In this document: positions 20,505 to 29,091 of the stretch, piece by piece
Layout: each line of letters begins with the position of its first letter
Numbering within the stretch: position 1 is the first letter of the stretch
Virus record (IMG/VR): IMGVR_UViG_3300024058_000001
Span: 32,001-96,000 of that record
Strand: one strand, 5' to 3'
Length of the DNA stretch: 64,000 nt
Origin: a virus
Taxonomy: Duplodnaviria; Caudoviricetes
Made by a program: the position numbers and the translations under genes
The notes under the pieces: model-generated
Databases searched by the model: none
What the model was told of the DNA's origin: nothing
The model's input: only the letters and a program-made list of their open reading frames with translations

Positions 20505-20733
20505 TTGCTATCCTGTAAGTGGTTCTTCCTTTTCTTGAATTTGACGGAATATTCTCCATCTGTTTTTCTACGGTGCGTACTGCTTCTTTGTTTTGTTCTG
20601 CTAACATAGCAGTTAAAACACGCATTTGTTCAGTTGTTAAATCGTCTGTATATTCCGTTTTAAATACTTTGTATCTATAGGAGTTTGCCACGTGAAACGG
20701 AGCTAAAAAGTATGGACTCCTTATTAGTTTTTT
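20497..20733 (-). CDS. Tail assembly chaperone, -1 frameshift extension (gpGT-like C-terminal part)
   Basis: The -1 frame from the slippery site reads KKLIRSPYFLAPFHVANSYRYK... continuously into ORF 20497..20691. Confidence 0.8.
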   Translation of the reverse strand, partial: KKLIRSPYFLAPFHVANSYRYKVFKTEYTDDLTTEQMRVLTAMLAEQNKEAVRTVEKQMENIPSNSRKGRTTYRIANG

Positions 20734-21290
20734 ACTTCTTCATCCGTTAATACAAAATACTTTTCCCATCTATTATACAGATCAAAAATAGTCAATTCAT
20801 CTATTTGAGCGATTTCTTCTAAAGATTTAAAGTACCGAATCGTTTTATCATTTTTTTGTTTCAAGGCACAAAAAACCGTCATATATCGTTCTTCAGCAGC
20901 TATGCGAATTAATTGCACATCAGGATCAAATTTATATCGACTGAAATGCACAATTGCTTCAGTAATAGCAGCCTTGACATCATTTAAATCACGCCAAGTC
21001 ATAGGAAGTAAAATACCTTCTATTTTATCTTTCTCAAATTCTGCTAGTTGTTCTTCAGCAAATTGCTTTTTTTCGTTAAGGATTTTAATTTGTTTTTCGT
21101 CCTTAACTTCGCTTAACTGCTCGTCTATGCGTATAGCATTATCTTGCAATGTTTCGACGGACGATGTATGACGGTAAACACTAACCTCCAACGGAGGATT
21201 GTTTAATTTTTGATACGCTTTTGTTGCAACCTTCTCTTTAACTAAACTATCTACTAATTTCTTAGAATTAACTTTTTCTTCAGTATTCAT
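20724..21290 (-). CDS. Tail assembly chaperone (gpG-like)
   Basis: Between tail tube and tape measure; ends GTA AAA AAC TAA. Confidence 0.8.
   Translation of the reverse strand: MNTEEKVNSKKLVDSLVKEKVATKAYQKLNNPPLEVSVYRHTSSVETLQDNAIRIDEQLSEVKDEKQIKILNEKKQFAEEQLAEFEKDKIEGILLPMTWRDLNDVKAAITEAIVHFSRYKFDPDVQLIRIAAEERYMTVFCALKQKNDKTIRYFKSLEEIAQIDELTIFDLYNRWEKYFVLTDEEVKN
20727..20733 (-). promoter_or_regulatory. Programmed -1 ribosomal frameshift heptamer A AAA AAC
   Basis: X XXY YYZ heptamer immediately before the stop; -1 frame open into the next ORF. Confidence 0.85.
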
Positions 21291-21310
21291 TGTAGCCTCC
21301 CGATTTATTT

Positions 21311-21355
21311 TGAAGGGGGGAATAGCAAGGCAATTAGCCCTGCTATGCCCCTTCA
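21311..21355 (-). other. Long stem-loop after the tail tube gene (no U-tract on coding strand)
   Basis: TGAAGGGG..ATAGCA.GG / CC.TGCTAT..CCCCTTCA. Confidence 0.7.
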
Positions 21356-21375
21356 GTATGTATACTGATTATTTT

Positions 21376-22137
21376 TTAAGAATCAATATATGTAGTAAAA
21401 GCTTCAAAAACGTCATCTGTAGAAAAATCAGCTTCAGGAATTGTAATAGTACTACCTACTAAAGTAGCATTATCAAATTTGTCACCATTTTTCAATACAA
21501 GAATTAACGCTTTGCCATTTAAATCTGCATCCGCAGCTTCAACAGCCTGTGGAGTATTGTCTGTATCTGCCTCAAAATTACCTGACACAAGTGCAGCAAC
21601 TTTATCAGCTTGTGAATTTGAATTGCCTTGAGCAAAAGCACTAGAACCTGATCTCAAAAGTCGACTATATTCTAAAGCCACACCTTTAAGTCTTAGTACG
21701 TTTGTAGACGTACCATCACGGGTAATAGCACCTTCTTCTCTTACAGGTTCACCTGTAGCAGAACCTCTAATCCTTGTAAACTTACAAAGAACCGACTGAA
21801 AAATAACACTATCAGAAGGTCTACGAATATTTAACATAATCGTAATTTCTTTATAATTAGCAGGATCATCCACTGTAGCAACTGCACTTGGATCTAAATC
21901 ATTAATAGACGTATCCACTAGTTTACTATCAGTATCAAAATAATTAAAACTAATTTCTACGCCATCAAAATTTGTCACAATAGCAACTGCTTCGGCTGAA
22001 TCAAATTCAAAAATTCTTCGTTCATCAAATGCTGGAGTATAGTCAAAATTCTGCGCCAACGGCACACGAACTGCACCATGACTCTGACTTACTAATTCCA
22101 GCAGTGTATTTGTTCCAACAACTGTTTCAATGCCCAT
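21376..22137 (-). CDS. Major tail (tube) protein
   Basis: Position between terminator-like gene and chaperone; strong RBS; downstream hairpin. Confidence 0.7.
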   Translation of the reverse strand: MGIETVVGTNTLLELVSQSHGAVRVPLAQNFDYTPAFDERRIFEFDSAEAVAIVTNFDGVEISFNYFDTDSKLVDTSINDLDPSAVATVDDPANYKEITIMLNIRRPSDSVIFQSVLCKFTRIRGSATGEPVREEGAITRDGTSTNVLRLKGVALEYSRLLRSGSSAFAQGNSNSQADKVAALVSGNFEADTDNTPQAVEAADADLNGKALILVLKNGDKFDNATLVGSTITIPEADFSTDDVFEAFTTYIDS

Positions 22138-22152
22138 TTATTTCACCATCCT

Positions 22153-22785
22153 TTAATTTATCTCTGTATCTGAGTTTAGATTTTGTGTTACGTTTAACTG
22201 TTGACCTAATTCGTTCCAAAACACTCTAATCAGGAGTATGTATCTTTTTACATTTTGGTTTTCTTGATCTACAATAAACTTTTCGTTAATTGAGTTACTT
22301 TCTTTATCAAGCTCTATAAACCCTATTACGGGTTTATTAGGATTGCTATAATCCCTTAATTGAATTGTCGACACATCGGGAGTACTAGTGTGACCAGCAT
22401 TTGTAAGTGCAAAAATAACTCTATCACGCAAATTTCTTACTACGCGAGTTGAACCTGTAAATGTTTCACTATCTTGCGAAATACAGGTTATTTCAATAAG
22501 TGTTTGATTACGAACACCAAAAATTGGAGAGCCATCGGGAGAATGACCAATCAATTTATCAAACGCTCGTTCCCCTAAGTTAAATAATCCTCTTTCTGTT
22601 GTGCTAATTGCAGGAAACTGTTGGGGAGCAATTGGATAGTCGAACACCCAAAAAAATTCTTCGCCACTGGGTAATGGTGGACTACCCAAATGCCCTCCGT
22701 CTATATTTTCAATAAGCCAATTGTTAAAAGAGGCCATCAGGTTTTCTTTTCCTGAACTATGTACGAAACCTTTTGGAACTGGCAT
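22153..22785 (-). CDS. Tail terminator / neck protein
   Basis: Position; FPAIS motif. Confidence 0.55.
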   Translation of the reverse strand: MPVPKGFVHSSGKENLMASFNNWLIENIDGGHLGSPPLPSGEEFFWVFDYPIAPQQFPAISTTERGLFNLGERAFDKLIGHSPDGSPIFGVRNQTLIEITCISQDSETFTGSTRVVRNLRDRVIFALTNAGHTSTPDVSTIQLRDYSNPNKPVIGFIELDKESNSINEKFIVDQENQNVKRYILLIRVFWNELGQQLNVTQNLNSDTEIN

Positions 22786-23396
22786 TATATGTCAATCTCC
22801 GTAACCTTTGGAGGGCGCACAACTTTTCCCTCTTTTTCCATCTTCTTTAACCATTCTCCATAAAATTTAGTAAACCATAATTCCCCTGCATAACGTGCTC
22901 TTGTAGTAAAATGTACACCTTTACCAAAATCCATTGCATCTTTATATGGTACTTGATTATCAACTGCTATCTCTTGTACTGCAGGAGTTTTATCTTCTGC
23001 AACACTAGATGCTTTCCCTTCTGCAACCGAACTTGCACTAAAATGATATTCTTTATGATAAGGAGTTTTATTGGATTTTTTAAATGGATCATATAACGAT
23101 GTATCTTTAATTTGTCTACTATAATCTATTGTGTATTTATCTAAAATAGCAGTCCAACCACCGCGCAATTTTCCTGTATCCATAGGAGTTACTCTTATTA
23201 AATATTTATGTATTTCAAATACTAAATTTCTGTATAATTCTAAATTATATTTAGAAAATCTTTTAATAGATTTTTCAATTTCTTTTGTTTCTTTAATGTT
23301 CTCTATAGTAAGAGTAACTTTAAGGGGGCCACTTCTTTGTCTAGAACGTTGTTCCGCTTCTGATTTTATATTTACACCAAAAACTGTTTCACCCAT
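22785..23396 (-). CDS. HK97 gp10-like tail completion protein
   Basis: TPMDTGKLRGGW...NQVPY motif. Confidence 0.75.
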   Translation of the reverse strand: MGETVFGVNIKSEAEQRSRQRSGPLKVTLTIENIKETKEIEKSIKRFSKYNLELYRNLVFEIHKYLIRVTPMDTGKLRGGWTAILDKYTIDYSRQIKDTSLYDPFKKSNKTPYHKEYHFSASSVAEGKASSVAEDKTPAVQEIAVDNQVPYKDAMDFGKGVHFTTRARYAGELWFTKFYGEWLKKMEKEGKVVRPPKVTEIDI

Positions 23397-23827
23397 TATG
23401 CATTCCCCACTTTTCTAAATATATATCCAAATAAAACTTCTTTACCTATAATTGAATGAGTATGAGATTTACCTACTATACGATATTCATGCTTTTCATA
23501 AATAATTCTATCGCCTTCACTTTGCCCGCCAATTTGCTCAGTAGTATCTATAATATTAAGTTTTTCTGTAAGAGTAACAGAAATATCGCCTAATTGATAA
23601 AGTCCACCAGAATATAATACATCTTGTTGACTAACACTATTAATAACTGCTTTTGCAGGTTTTCTACTAAATCCTAGCTTGGGTTGTATTCCTCTTGCAG
23701 GATCGCCTGGATCAGCTATACCAGTAAACTTTTTAATGATAATAGGCTCTCCATAAGGTACATTAGTACTTGCTAATGCATCATCAATAAATTTCCTATC
23801 TTTATCACTAAACTGTTCACCAGCCAT
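23396..23827 (-). CDS. Head closure / head-tail joining protein
   Basis: GDRIIYEKHEYRIV motif; position. Confidence 0.6.
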   Translation of the reverse strand: MAGEQFSDKDRKFIDDALASTNVPYGEPIIIKKFTGIADPGDPARGIQPKLGFSRKPAKAVINSVSQQDVLYSGGLYQLGDISVTLTEKLNIIDTTEQIGGQSEGDRIIYEKHEYRIVGKSHTHSIIGKEVLFGYIFRKVGNA

Positions 23828-23829
23828 AT

Positions 23830-24600
23830 TTAAACCTTCTCATCTGTTTCAGGTTGTTGATATTCTTCTTCTTCTTTTTTTTCTTCTTTTTTTGGTTCTT
23901 TAGGATCGTTTTTTCTAATTTCATCTTTCCTTGTAAGCATAGTTTTTTTAGTCTCCCTAATTTTTTGTTCTAATGCAACTCTATCTCCGCCAGTAGTTTT
24001 TAATCTTTCATTAGATAACATTTCTTGTTCTTCTGCATATTTACTGGATATAGCTGACGATTTAATAGCATTTCCATCATATTGATAATTGCAACAATTA
24101 TTCCAATCAACATCATCTGTAATAATTTTGCAAGTACTTGGTTGTTGAAATCTTATACAACGTATGCATCCAAAACCTTCATCTCTCTCATCGTATCCAG
24201 CTTCTTCTTTTAATAATCTAAAAGGATTTGTTTGACTAGGTTTTGCATTTGGCCCCGTCATACGTAATTGACAAGTACCTTCTGGTTCTATATGTCCTAG
24301 AACATTAGTGCATTCGCCTGTTTCTGGAATGTACATACTACAAGTTACACATTGATATTTTCCTTCTATATCATCTGTAACTAAGACAACCATTTTGCCA
24401 TCGCCTAACATAATATTTCTTTTTTCAATTGCTTTTTCAAACTCTTCTTTTAAAATAGATACTGATTCATTCTTAACAAACAAATGGACAAATCTTCTAC
24501 CACCATCTGTTACTGTTGTACCTTTTCTAATTGTGTTTAATTGTTCTTCCGTAACATCAATACGATAACCTTTAATTATAACTGAATATATTTTGCTCAT
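23830..24600 (-). CDS. Protein with shared N-terminal domain and two HiPIP-like Cys4 repeats
   Basis: CVTCSMY...CTNVLGHIEPEGTC and AGY...CIRCIRFQQPSTCKIITDDVDWNNCC; N-terminus homologous to 45814..48114. Confidence 0.55.
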   Translation of the reverse strand: MSKIYSVIIKGYRIDVTEEQLNTIRKGTTVTDGGRRFVHLFVKNESVSILKEEFEKAIEKRNIMLGDGKMVVLVTDDIEGKYQCVTCSMYIPETGECTNVLGHIEPEGTCQLRMTGPNAKPSQTNPFRLLKEEAGYDERDEGFGCIRCIRFQQPSTCKIITDDVDWNNCCNYQYDGNAIKSSAISSKYAEEQEMLSNERLKTTGGDRVALEQKIRETKKTMLTRKDEIRKNDPKEPKKEEKKEEEEYQQPETDEKV

Positions 24601-25346
24601 TAGCTTATCTCCGCATCAGATAATATTGCTTGAATAGTTTGTTCACCTATAAATGCATCGTTTGATATTGTTTCAATATTTATTATCTTAGGTAAAATTC
24701 GATTAGTCTTATTGTAATGCCGAAGCATTTGTAAATCAGATAATAATTGTGCTTCATTATCTTGAATTATTTGATTTGTTTGACTAACAATATTAGATTT
24801 ATTAATTGTACGTCCACCAACACTTACACTAAAGAAATCTTTTGATTCTAAAATTAAAGCTCTTAGTACATTAGTATAAAAACGTTTACAAATAGCAGGT
24901 CTATAATCTTCAGGAATATTATCTTGATCAACAGGTCTATATATTAAAACTGATATTTCACTAGCAGAATGACTAGCTATTTGGAATAACTGTGGATCAG
25001 TAAAAGGAAAGAATGTATATGTTGCTATCAAGGATTCATCGGTAGTTAGTGGAGTAAGTAATACAACACGTCCACCAATAAAATCAATAATATAATCATC
25101 TGTTTCAAATAGCAATTCTGATACACCAGTAATATTATTAAGTTTCTTTATCTTTGGTTTGGGAACAGCTTGCCAGTTACCGTTCTTTGCATCAAAAACA
25201 CCATTAGATGAATCAAACGGACATAATTCTTCGTCCACTACGCTACATAACAGTTTAGTTAATAGCACATCTTTACACAATTGTGTAATCTCTGTTATAT
25301 CATCAGGAATTGCTATTGATGGATCTAAAAAGATAACGTCAGACAT
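24600..25346 (-). CDS. Head-tail connector/neck structural protein
   Basis: DYIIDFIGGRVVL motif; FSVSVGGRTINKS adaptor-like C-terminus. Confidence 0.5.
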   Translation of the reverse strand: MSDVIFLDPSIAIPDDITEITQLCKDVLLTKLLCSVVDEELCPFDSSNGVFDAKNGNWQAVPKPKIKKLNNITGVSELLFETDDYIIDFIGGRVVLLTPLTTDESLIATYTFFPFTDPQLFQIASHSASEISVLIYRPVDQDNIPEDYRPAICKRFYTNVLRALILESKDFFSVSVGGRTINKSNIVSQTNQIIQDNEAQLLSDLQMLRHYNKTNRILPKIINIETISNDAFIGEQTIQAILSDAEIS

Positions 25347-25356
25347 TTGTTACTCC

Positions 25357-25938
25357 TTAATTTCCTATGACGTTGTGTGTTCCGTTAGCGAACACCACAA
25401 GATCATGTGTTTCTCTAATAATACCTGTCTTAAAAAATTCTATTAAATACAATGCAGCATCTAAAAACACAGTTGCATTCCCTGAAGCATCTGTTTGTGC
25501 AACAGCAATAGCAACTGCAGGATTGGATTTGTCAAATATTCTAATTTGAGCATTGGGAATAGGAACAAGTGTAACTGAATTCTTTACAGTTACTGTAACT
25601 GCAAATGCTCCAGAACCTGTCGTACCATCAACTGGCACAACTCTGTATTCTTCTGTTGCCACAGTTGGAATTCCATCTATAGTAGTATTAAACGTAGTTA
25701 AATATTTTGTAAAAGATGCATTAGATGCAATAGGAAATTTAAAAAACCACCTGTTAGTGGCACCAATTCTAGTCATAGCAGTTGATGCTAAATCTTCTTC
25801 TTCAGGCCCCCCATTAATATGAGAGATCCTAACAGTAGGCGTAGTATAATCTGCAGGAAATGTTGGTTCACTTCCTGACAGTCTTAGCACTGTTAAGAGT
25901 ATAGTATTTTCTTGACTTTGATTAAATTCAAATCCCAT
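25357..25938 (-). CDS. Structural protein with C-terminal carboxypeptidase-regulatory/Ig-like domain
   Basis: VTVKN...PIPNAQIRI...TDASGNATVFL..ALYLIEFFKTG. Confidence 0.55.
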   Translation of the reverse strand: MGFEFNQSQENTILLTVLRLSGSEPTFPADYTTPTVRISHINGGPEEEDLASTAMTRIGATNRWFFKFPIASNASFTKYLTTFNTTIDGIPTVATEEYRVVPVDGTTGSGAFAVTVTVKNSVTLVPIPNAQIRIFDKSNPAVAIAVAQTDASGNATVFLDAALYLIEFFKTGIIRETHDLVVFANGTHNVIGN

Positions 25939-25960
25939 TAGTTATCACCTTTACTTTATT

Positions 25961-26392
25961 TTAGACTATTTCTGCTCCAGCTTGAATAAACTTAAATTTG
26001 CTAATATCATCTAGTACACATTGATGCTTGATCAAATCAGCAAGGGTAGTTGCGTCTATAACACCCTGTTTTGCTTCGTTAACGTATTGCTCTGTTAAAT
26101 CTTTAGCAATTTTTACAGGATTAGGTGCATTAGTATCAACCCATACAATTTCTTTTGATCCATCGTTCTTCTGTCTCCATTGTTCTCTATCTGTTCGATC
26201 TGTGGGGATATCGGCTAATTCCACATCTTCATATGGTAAATCCTTTTGGGGAGTACCGTCAATAGGATGATTTAACTTAGCTGTTTGTCTAGTCATTAAA
26301 TCTGCATCAGTTTCTCCTGGTAGTCTAGCTTTCTCTGCAAATTGGGTAATTAGCACTGATCCATCTGGTTTTTTAAATATGCGTATTTTCAT
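25961..26392 (-). CDS. Tail fibre assembly chaperone-like protein
   Basis: DIPTDRTDREQW motif; directly downstream of a fibre gene. Confidence 0.55.
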   Translation of the reverse strand: MKIRIFKKPDGSVLITQFAEKARLPGETDADLMTRQTAKLNHPIDGTPQKDLPYEDVELADIPTDRTDREQWRQKNDGSKEIVWVDTNAPNPVKIAKDLTEQYVNEAKQGVIDATTLADLIKHQCVLDDISKFKFIQAGAEIV

Positions 26393-26414
26393 AAATACTC
26401 CTTTTTAATGTTTA

Positions 26415-27746
26415 TTAATGATTTCCTACAGCCATTACACCAACGTTATCTCTGTCTGATTCACTACCATTATTGTCACGAATTGAAACATCTACACTAT
26501 CTGTAAATATGCCAAACCCTCCGGTACTATCAATAGTAACATAACCAACAGCCTTTCCTGTTCCAGCTATTACGTAATTTGCATCAGCAAAATCAATGTC
26601 CCAGTTTATTGTAGCTTCCCCTGTTCCTCTGTCCGTTATACTAGATACATTATAACTATCTACTAAAGTTGCTGTACCTGATGCTTGATCGTAATGAATC
26701 CATCCTTGTATTAACTGCTTTGCAACTGATTCATATGGATGTTGTGCATACGATATTGCTGTATCACCGTCTACTATACACATACCATCAAAGTAAACAG
26801 TTGTAGTATTTCCATCATTTGTCAATCGTAGGTTTATATTCGTCGCAGATGCATCAATAGTACGTGTCACAGAAATAAATTCCCATGCACCGCCACCAGT
26901 ATGATACGGAGAATTTGAACTTCCTCCACTATCACCTAATAATAAACGTCCTGCATTTGCAGCAGTTGCTCTTATCCAACACGAAAAAGTTAGATCACGA
27001 CCTCTGAAAATCGTGTTCTCCGAAGTAGTAATAACGGGTATAAAAAAACGACTTAGAGAGTTCCCACTTGCATCTGATAGCAACGCAAGAGAAAATTCAC
27101 CAAATAGAACATTCCCTGCACCAGATTCCTGAGAAACTGATCCACCATCAAGCAACGTCCACGCATTAAGCGCATCTGGTGGAACACTTGTCCCATTTCC
27201 CCATTGACTGAAATTTCCGTTTTCTATTAAATTTGTAAATTGTTGGGTTTCTCCACCTGATAATCCCGCAGCAGGTGCATCTTTAAATATTGCATTACCT
27301 GTGCCAGTGTCTTTTGTTAATATTTGTTCATTAGTAGCACCAGCTACATCTGTAATCTTATTTACTGCTGTTTGTCTAGCATCGTTTATCCAAACTGATC
27401 CGTTAAATCTTAAGAAATCATCAGTAGTAACGGATGTTAGAGTAACATCAGATAAGTCATTAAATGCTGACGCACCTGATACATCAATAGTAACTACACC
27501 TCCACCATCATCTGTTAGCTTTCCGTTTGTAACATTAATTGTAGTGACATTCGATACATTTGGTGCGCCGTCTGTCTCTTTAACTGTTAATGGTGTTCCA
27601 GTAAGATCAAGTGATACTTGTCCCCCACTTTGATCCGTAAGCTTCCCGTTAGTTACACGAATAACCGAAACATTGCTTACTACAGGACTGCCATCTTCTT
27701 CTCTTACTGTAACAAATTGTGTTGAACCTGTAAAACCTTGTGACAT
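26415..27746 (-). CDS. Tail fibre protein with carbohydrate-binding-like domain
   Basis: Two N-terminal TVxExDGxPxVSNV repeats; NLIENGNFSQW CBM-like domain; SYNVSSITDRGTG C-terminal fibre domain. Confidence 0.7.
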   Translation of the reverse strand: MSQGFTGSTQFVTVREEDGSPVVSNVSVIRVTNGKLTDQSGGQVSLDLTGTPLTVKETDGAPNVSNVTTINVTNGKLTDDGGGVVTIDVSGASAFNDLSDVTLTSVTTDDFLRFNGSVWINDARQTAVNKITDVAGATNEQILTKDTGTGNAIFKDAPAAGLSGGETQQFTNLIENGNFSQWGNGTSVPPDALNAWTLLDGGSVSQESGAGNVLFGEFSLALLSDASGNSLSRFFIPVITTSENTIFRGRDLTFSCWIRATAANAGRLLLGDSGGSSNSPYHTGGGAWEFISVTRTIDASATNINLRLTNDGNTTTVYFDGMCIVDGDTAISYAQHPYESVAKQLIQGWIHYDQASGTATLVDSYNVSSITDRGTGEATINWDIDFADANYVIAGTGKAVGYVTIDSTGGFGIFTDSVDVSIRDNNGSESDRDNVGVMAVGNH

Positions 27747-27937
27747 GATTTATCTCTCCAATTTTGTCTATTTATTAAGACCTAGAATTTTTTCAAGAAT
27801 TTCCAAACGAGCACGTATATCTTGACTTAAATCTGAATTTTTATCAATAACATCATATGCAATTTGAGCTTCAGTTTGAATTTGTTGTATTGTTTTTTTA
27901 TTTGTAATCTTTTTAATAGTCATAATTATACTCCAGT

Positions 27938-28267
27938 TTAAGTAACTTCTACTCCAAATAAATTAAAAGATAGAGTAGCCAAAGTTGCTAATACTCTAAC
28001 AACATCGGTTGCTGCCAAAGTAATTCCTAATGTAGCAGTAAACGTCTCATTACCAGGAATTGCAATATCGTAATAAATATACTGTTCATCTGAATCTACT
28101 GCTCCAGCAACTGCTATAGAAATTCTAAAAGACGTAGCAGTAGAACTACGATTTGCAACTGTTATTGAACTTCCTGTAACAGATGTACTACCAGGCACTG
28201 TATAAATATCTGTAAGCGTAGCTGCCAAAGGGTTTGATTGTCCTAAAACTTTAAGTGTGTCAGCCAT
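27938..28267 (-). CDS. Virion structural protein
   Basis: KVLGQSNP...YTVP...GITLAATDVVRV...FGVE pattern of small fibre-associated proteins. Confidence 0.6.
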   Translation of the reverse strand: MADTLKVLGQSNPLAATLTDIYTVPGSTSVTGSSITVANRSSTATSFRISIAVAGAVDSDEQYIYYDIAIPGNETFTATLGITLAATDVVRVLATLATLSFNLFGVEVT

Positions 28268-28268
28268 A

Positions 28269-28664
28269 TTATCCTCCCATTGTTAGAAATAGTCTTCCAA
28301 AACTTGCAGGTGCTGCCACAGGAGTATCACTAGTTCCTGTATTAATCCATACACGTTTATCAGTAACACTAGAAATAGATCCACCTGATGTAACAACCTC
28401 TGCAATAGGAATCCGTCCAGACGTAAAGCCTGATGTATTAGTCGAAGCAACTCCAACAGACGTTATCTCCACAAAATTTGTAGTATTATTAGTTAATACA
28501 ACATTTTGAGAAGACGCATTTGTAATAACATTGTCATCACGTATACGGCCAGCTTTAACAGTTAAATTTAAACCTGATGCAGCTAGGGGCCCAAAGTCTC
28601 TAAGATCATCAATTAAAACATCTAAATCTCTAATTTGTCCTGAACGAACTTCTGTACGTGCCAT
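28269..28664 (-). CDS. Virion structural protein, paralogous to a domain of 29092..31257
   Basis: AGRIRDDNV...FVEI...SGFTSGRIPIAEV..DKRVW. Confidence 0.65.
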   Translation of the reverse strand: MARTEVRSGQIRDLDVLIDDLRDFGPLAASGLNLTVKAGRIRDDNVITNASSQNVVLTNNTTNFVEITSVGVASTNTSGFTSGRIPIAEVVTSGGSISSVTDKRVWINTGTSDTPVAAPASFGRLFLTMGG

Positions 28665-28669
28665 TTATA

Positions 28670-29017
28670 TCATCCTTTTTTCTTAAATTTCTTCTTGAAT
28701 TCGTCTTTAGTAATCTTTTTATCAACATCTTTCTTAAGGGCTACTTTTTGTGCAATAATTCTGTCTTTGTTTCTTTGTTCTTTCATTCTAAGTATATTAG
28801 TATCGTTTTGATATAATGCCCATTCTCGCATAGTTCTTTTTAAATAATCTTTAGCACCTTGTAACTTTAATACTTGTTCTTTGTAACGAGCAGCGTCATC
28901 TTCTGCTTCTACTAGTTTTATTACTGCACTTCTATAATCTTTATCTAATTTTTCTAATTTATCGTTTGCAAATTCCCCAAAATTCCATCTTCGAGCTTCA
29001 TTAATATTGTCAGACAT
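28670..29017 (-). CDS. Coiled-coil hypothetical protein
   Basis: GGAGG RBS; heptad-like composition. Confidence 0.6.
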   Translation of the reverse strand: MSDNINEARRWNFGEFANDKLEKLDKDYRSAVIKLVEAEDDAARYKEQVLKLQGAKDYLKRTMREWALYQNDTNILRMKEQRNKDRIIAQKVALKKDVDKKITKDEFKKKFKKKG

Positions 29018-29046
29018 TGTATTGTCCTCCAGCTTTTAGTTTTTGT

Positions 29047-29070
29047 GGGGTAGGGCCGAAGCCCTACCCC
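29047..29070 (-). other. GC-rich hairpin with C(UUCG)G tetraloop
   Basis: GGGGTAGGGC-TTCG-GCCCTACCCC on the minus strand, followed by an A-rich tract. Confidence 0.8.
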
Positions 29071-29091
29071 GTATTAATTAAATTTTAGCTA

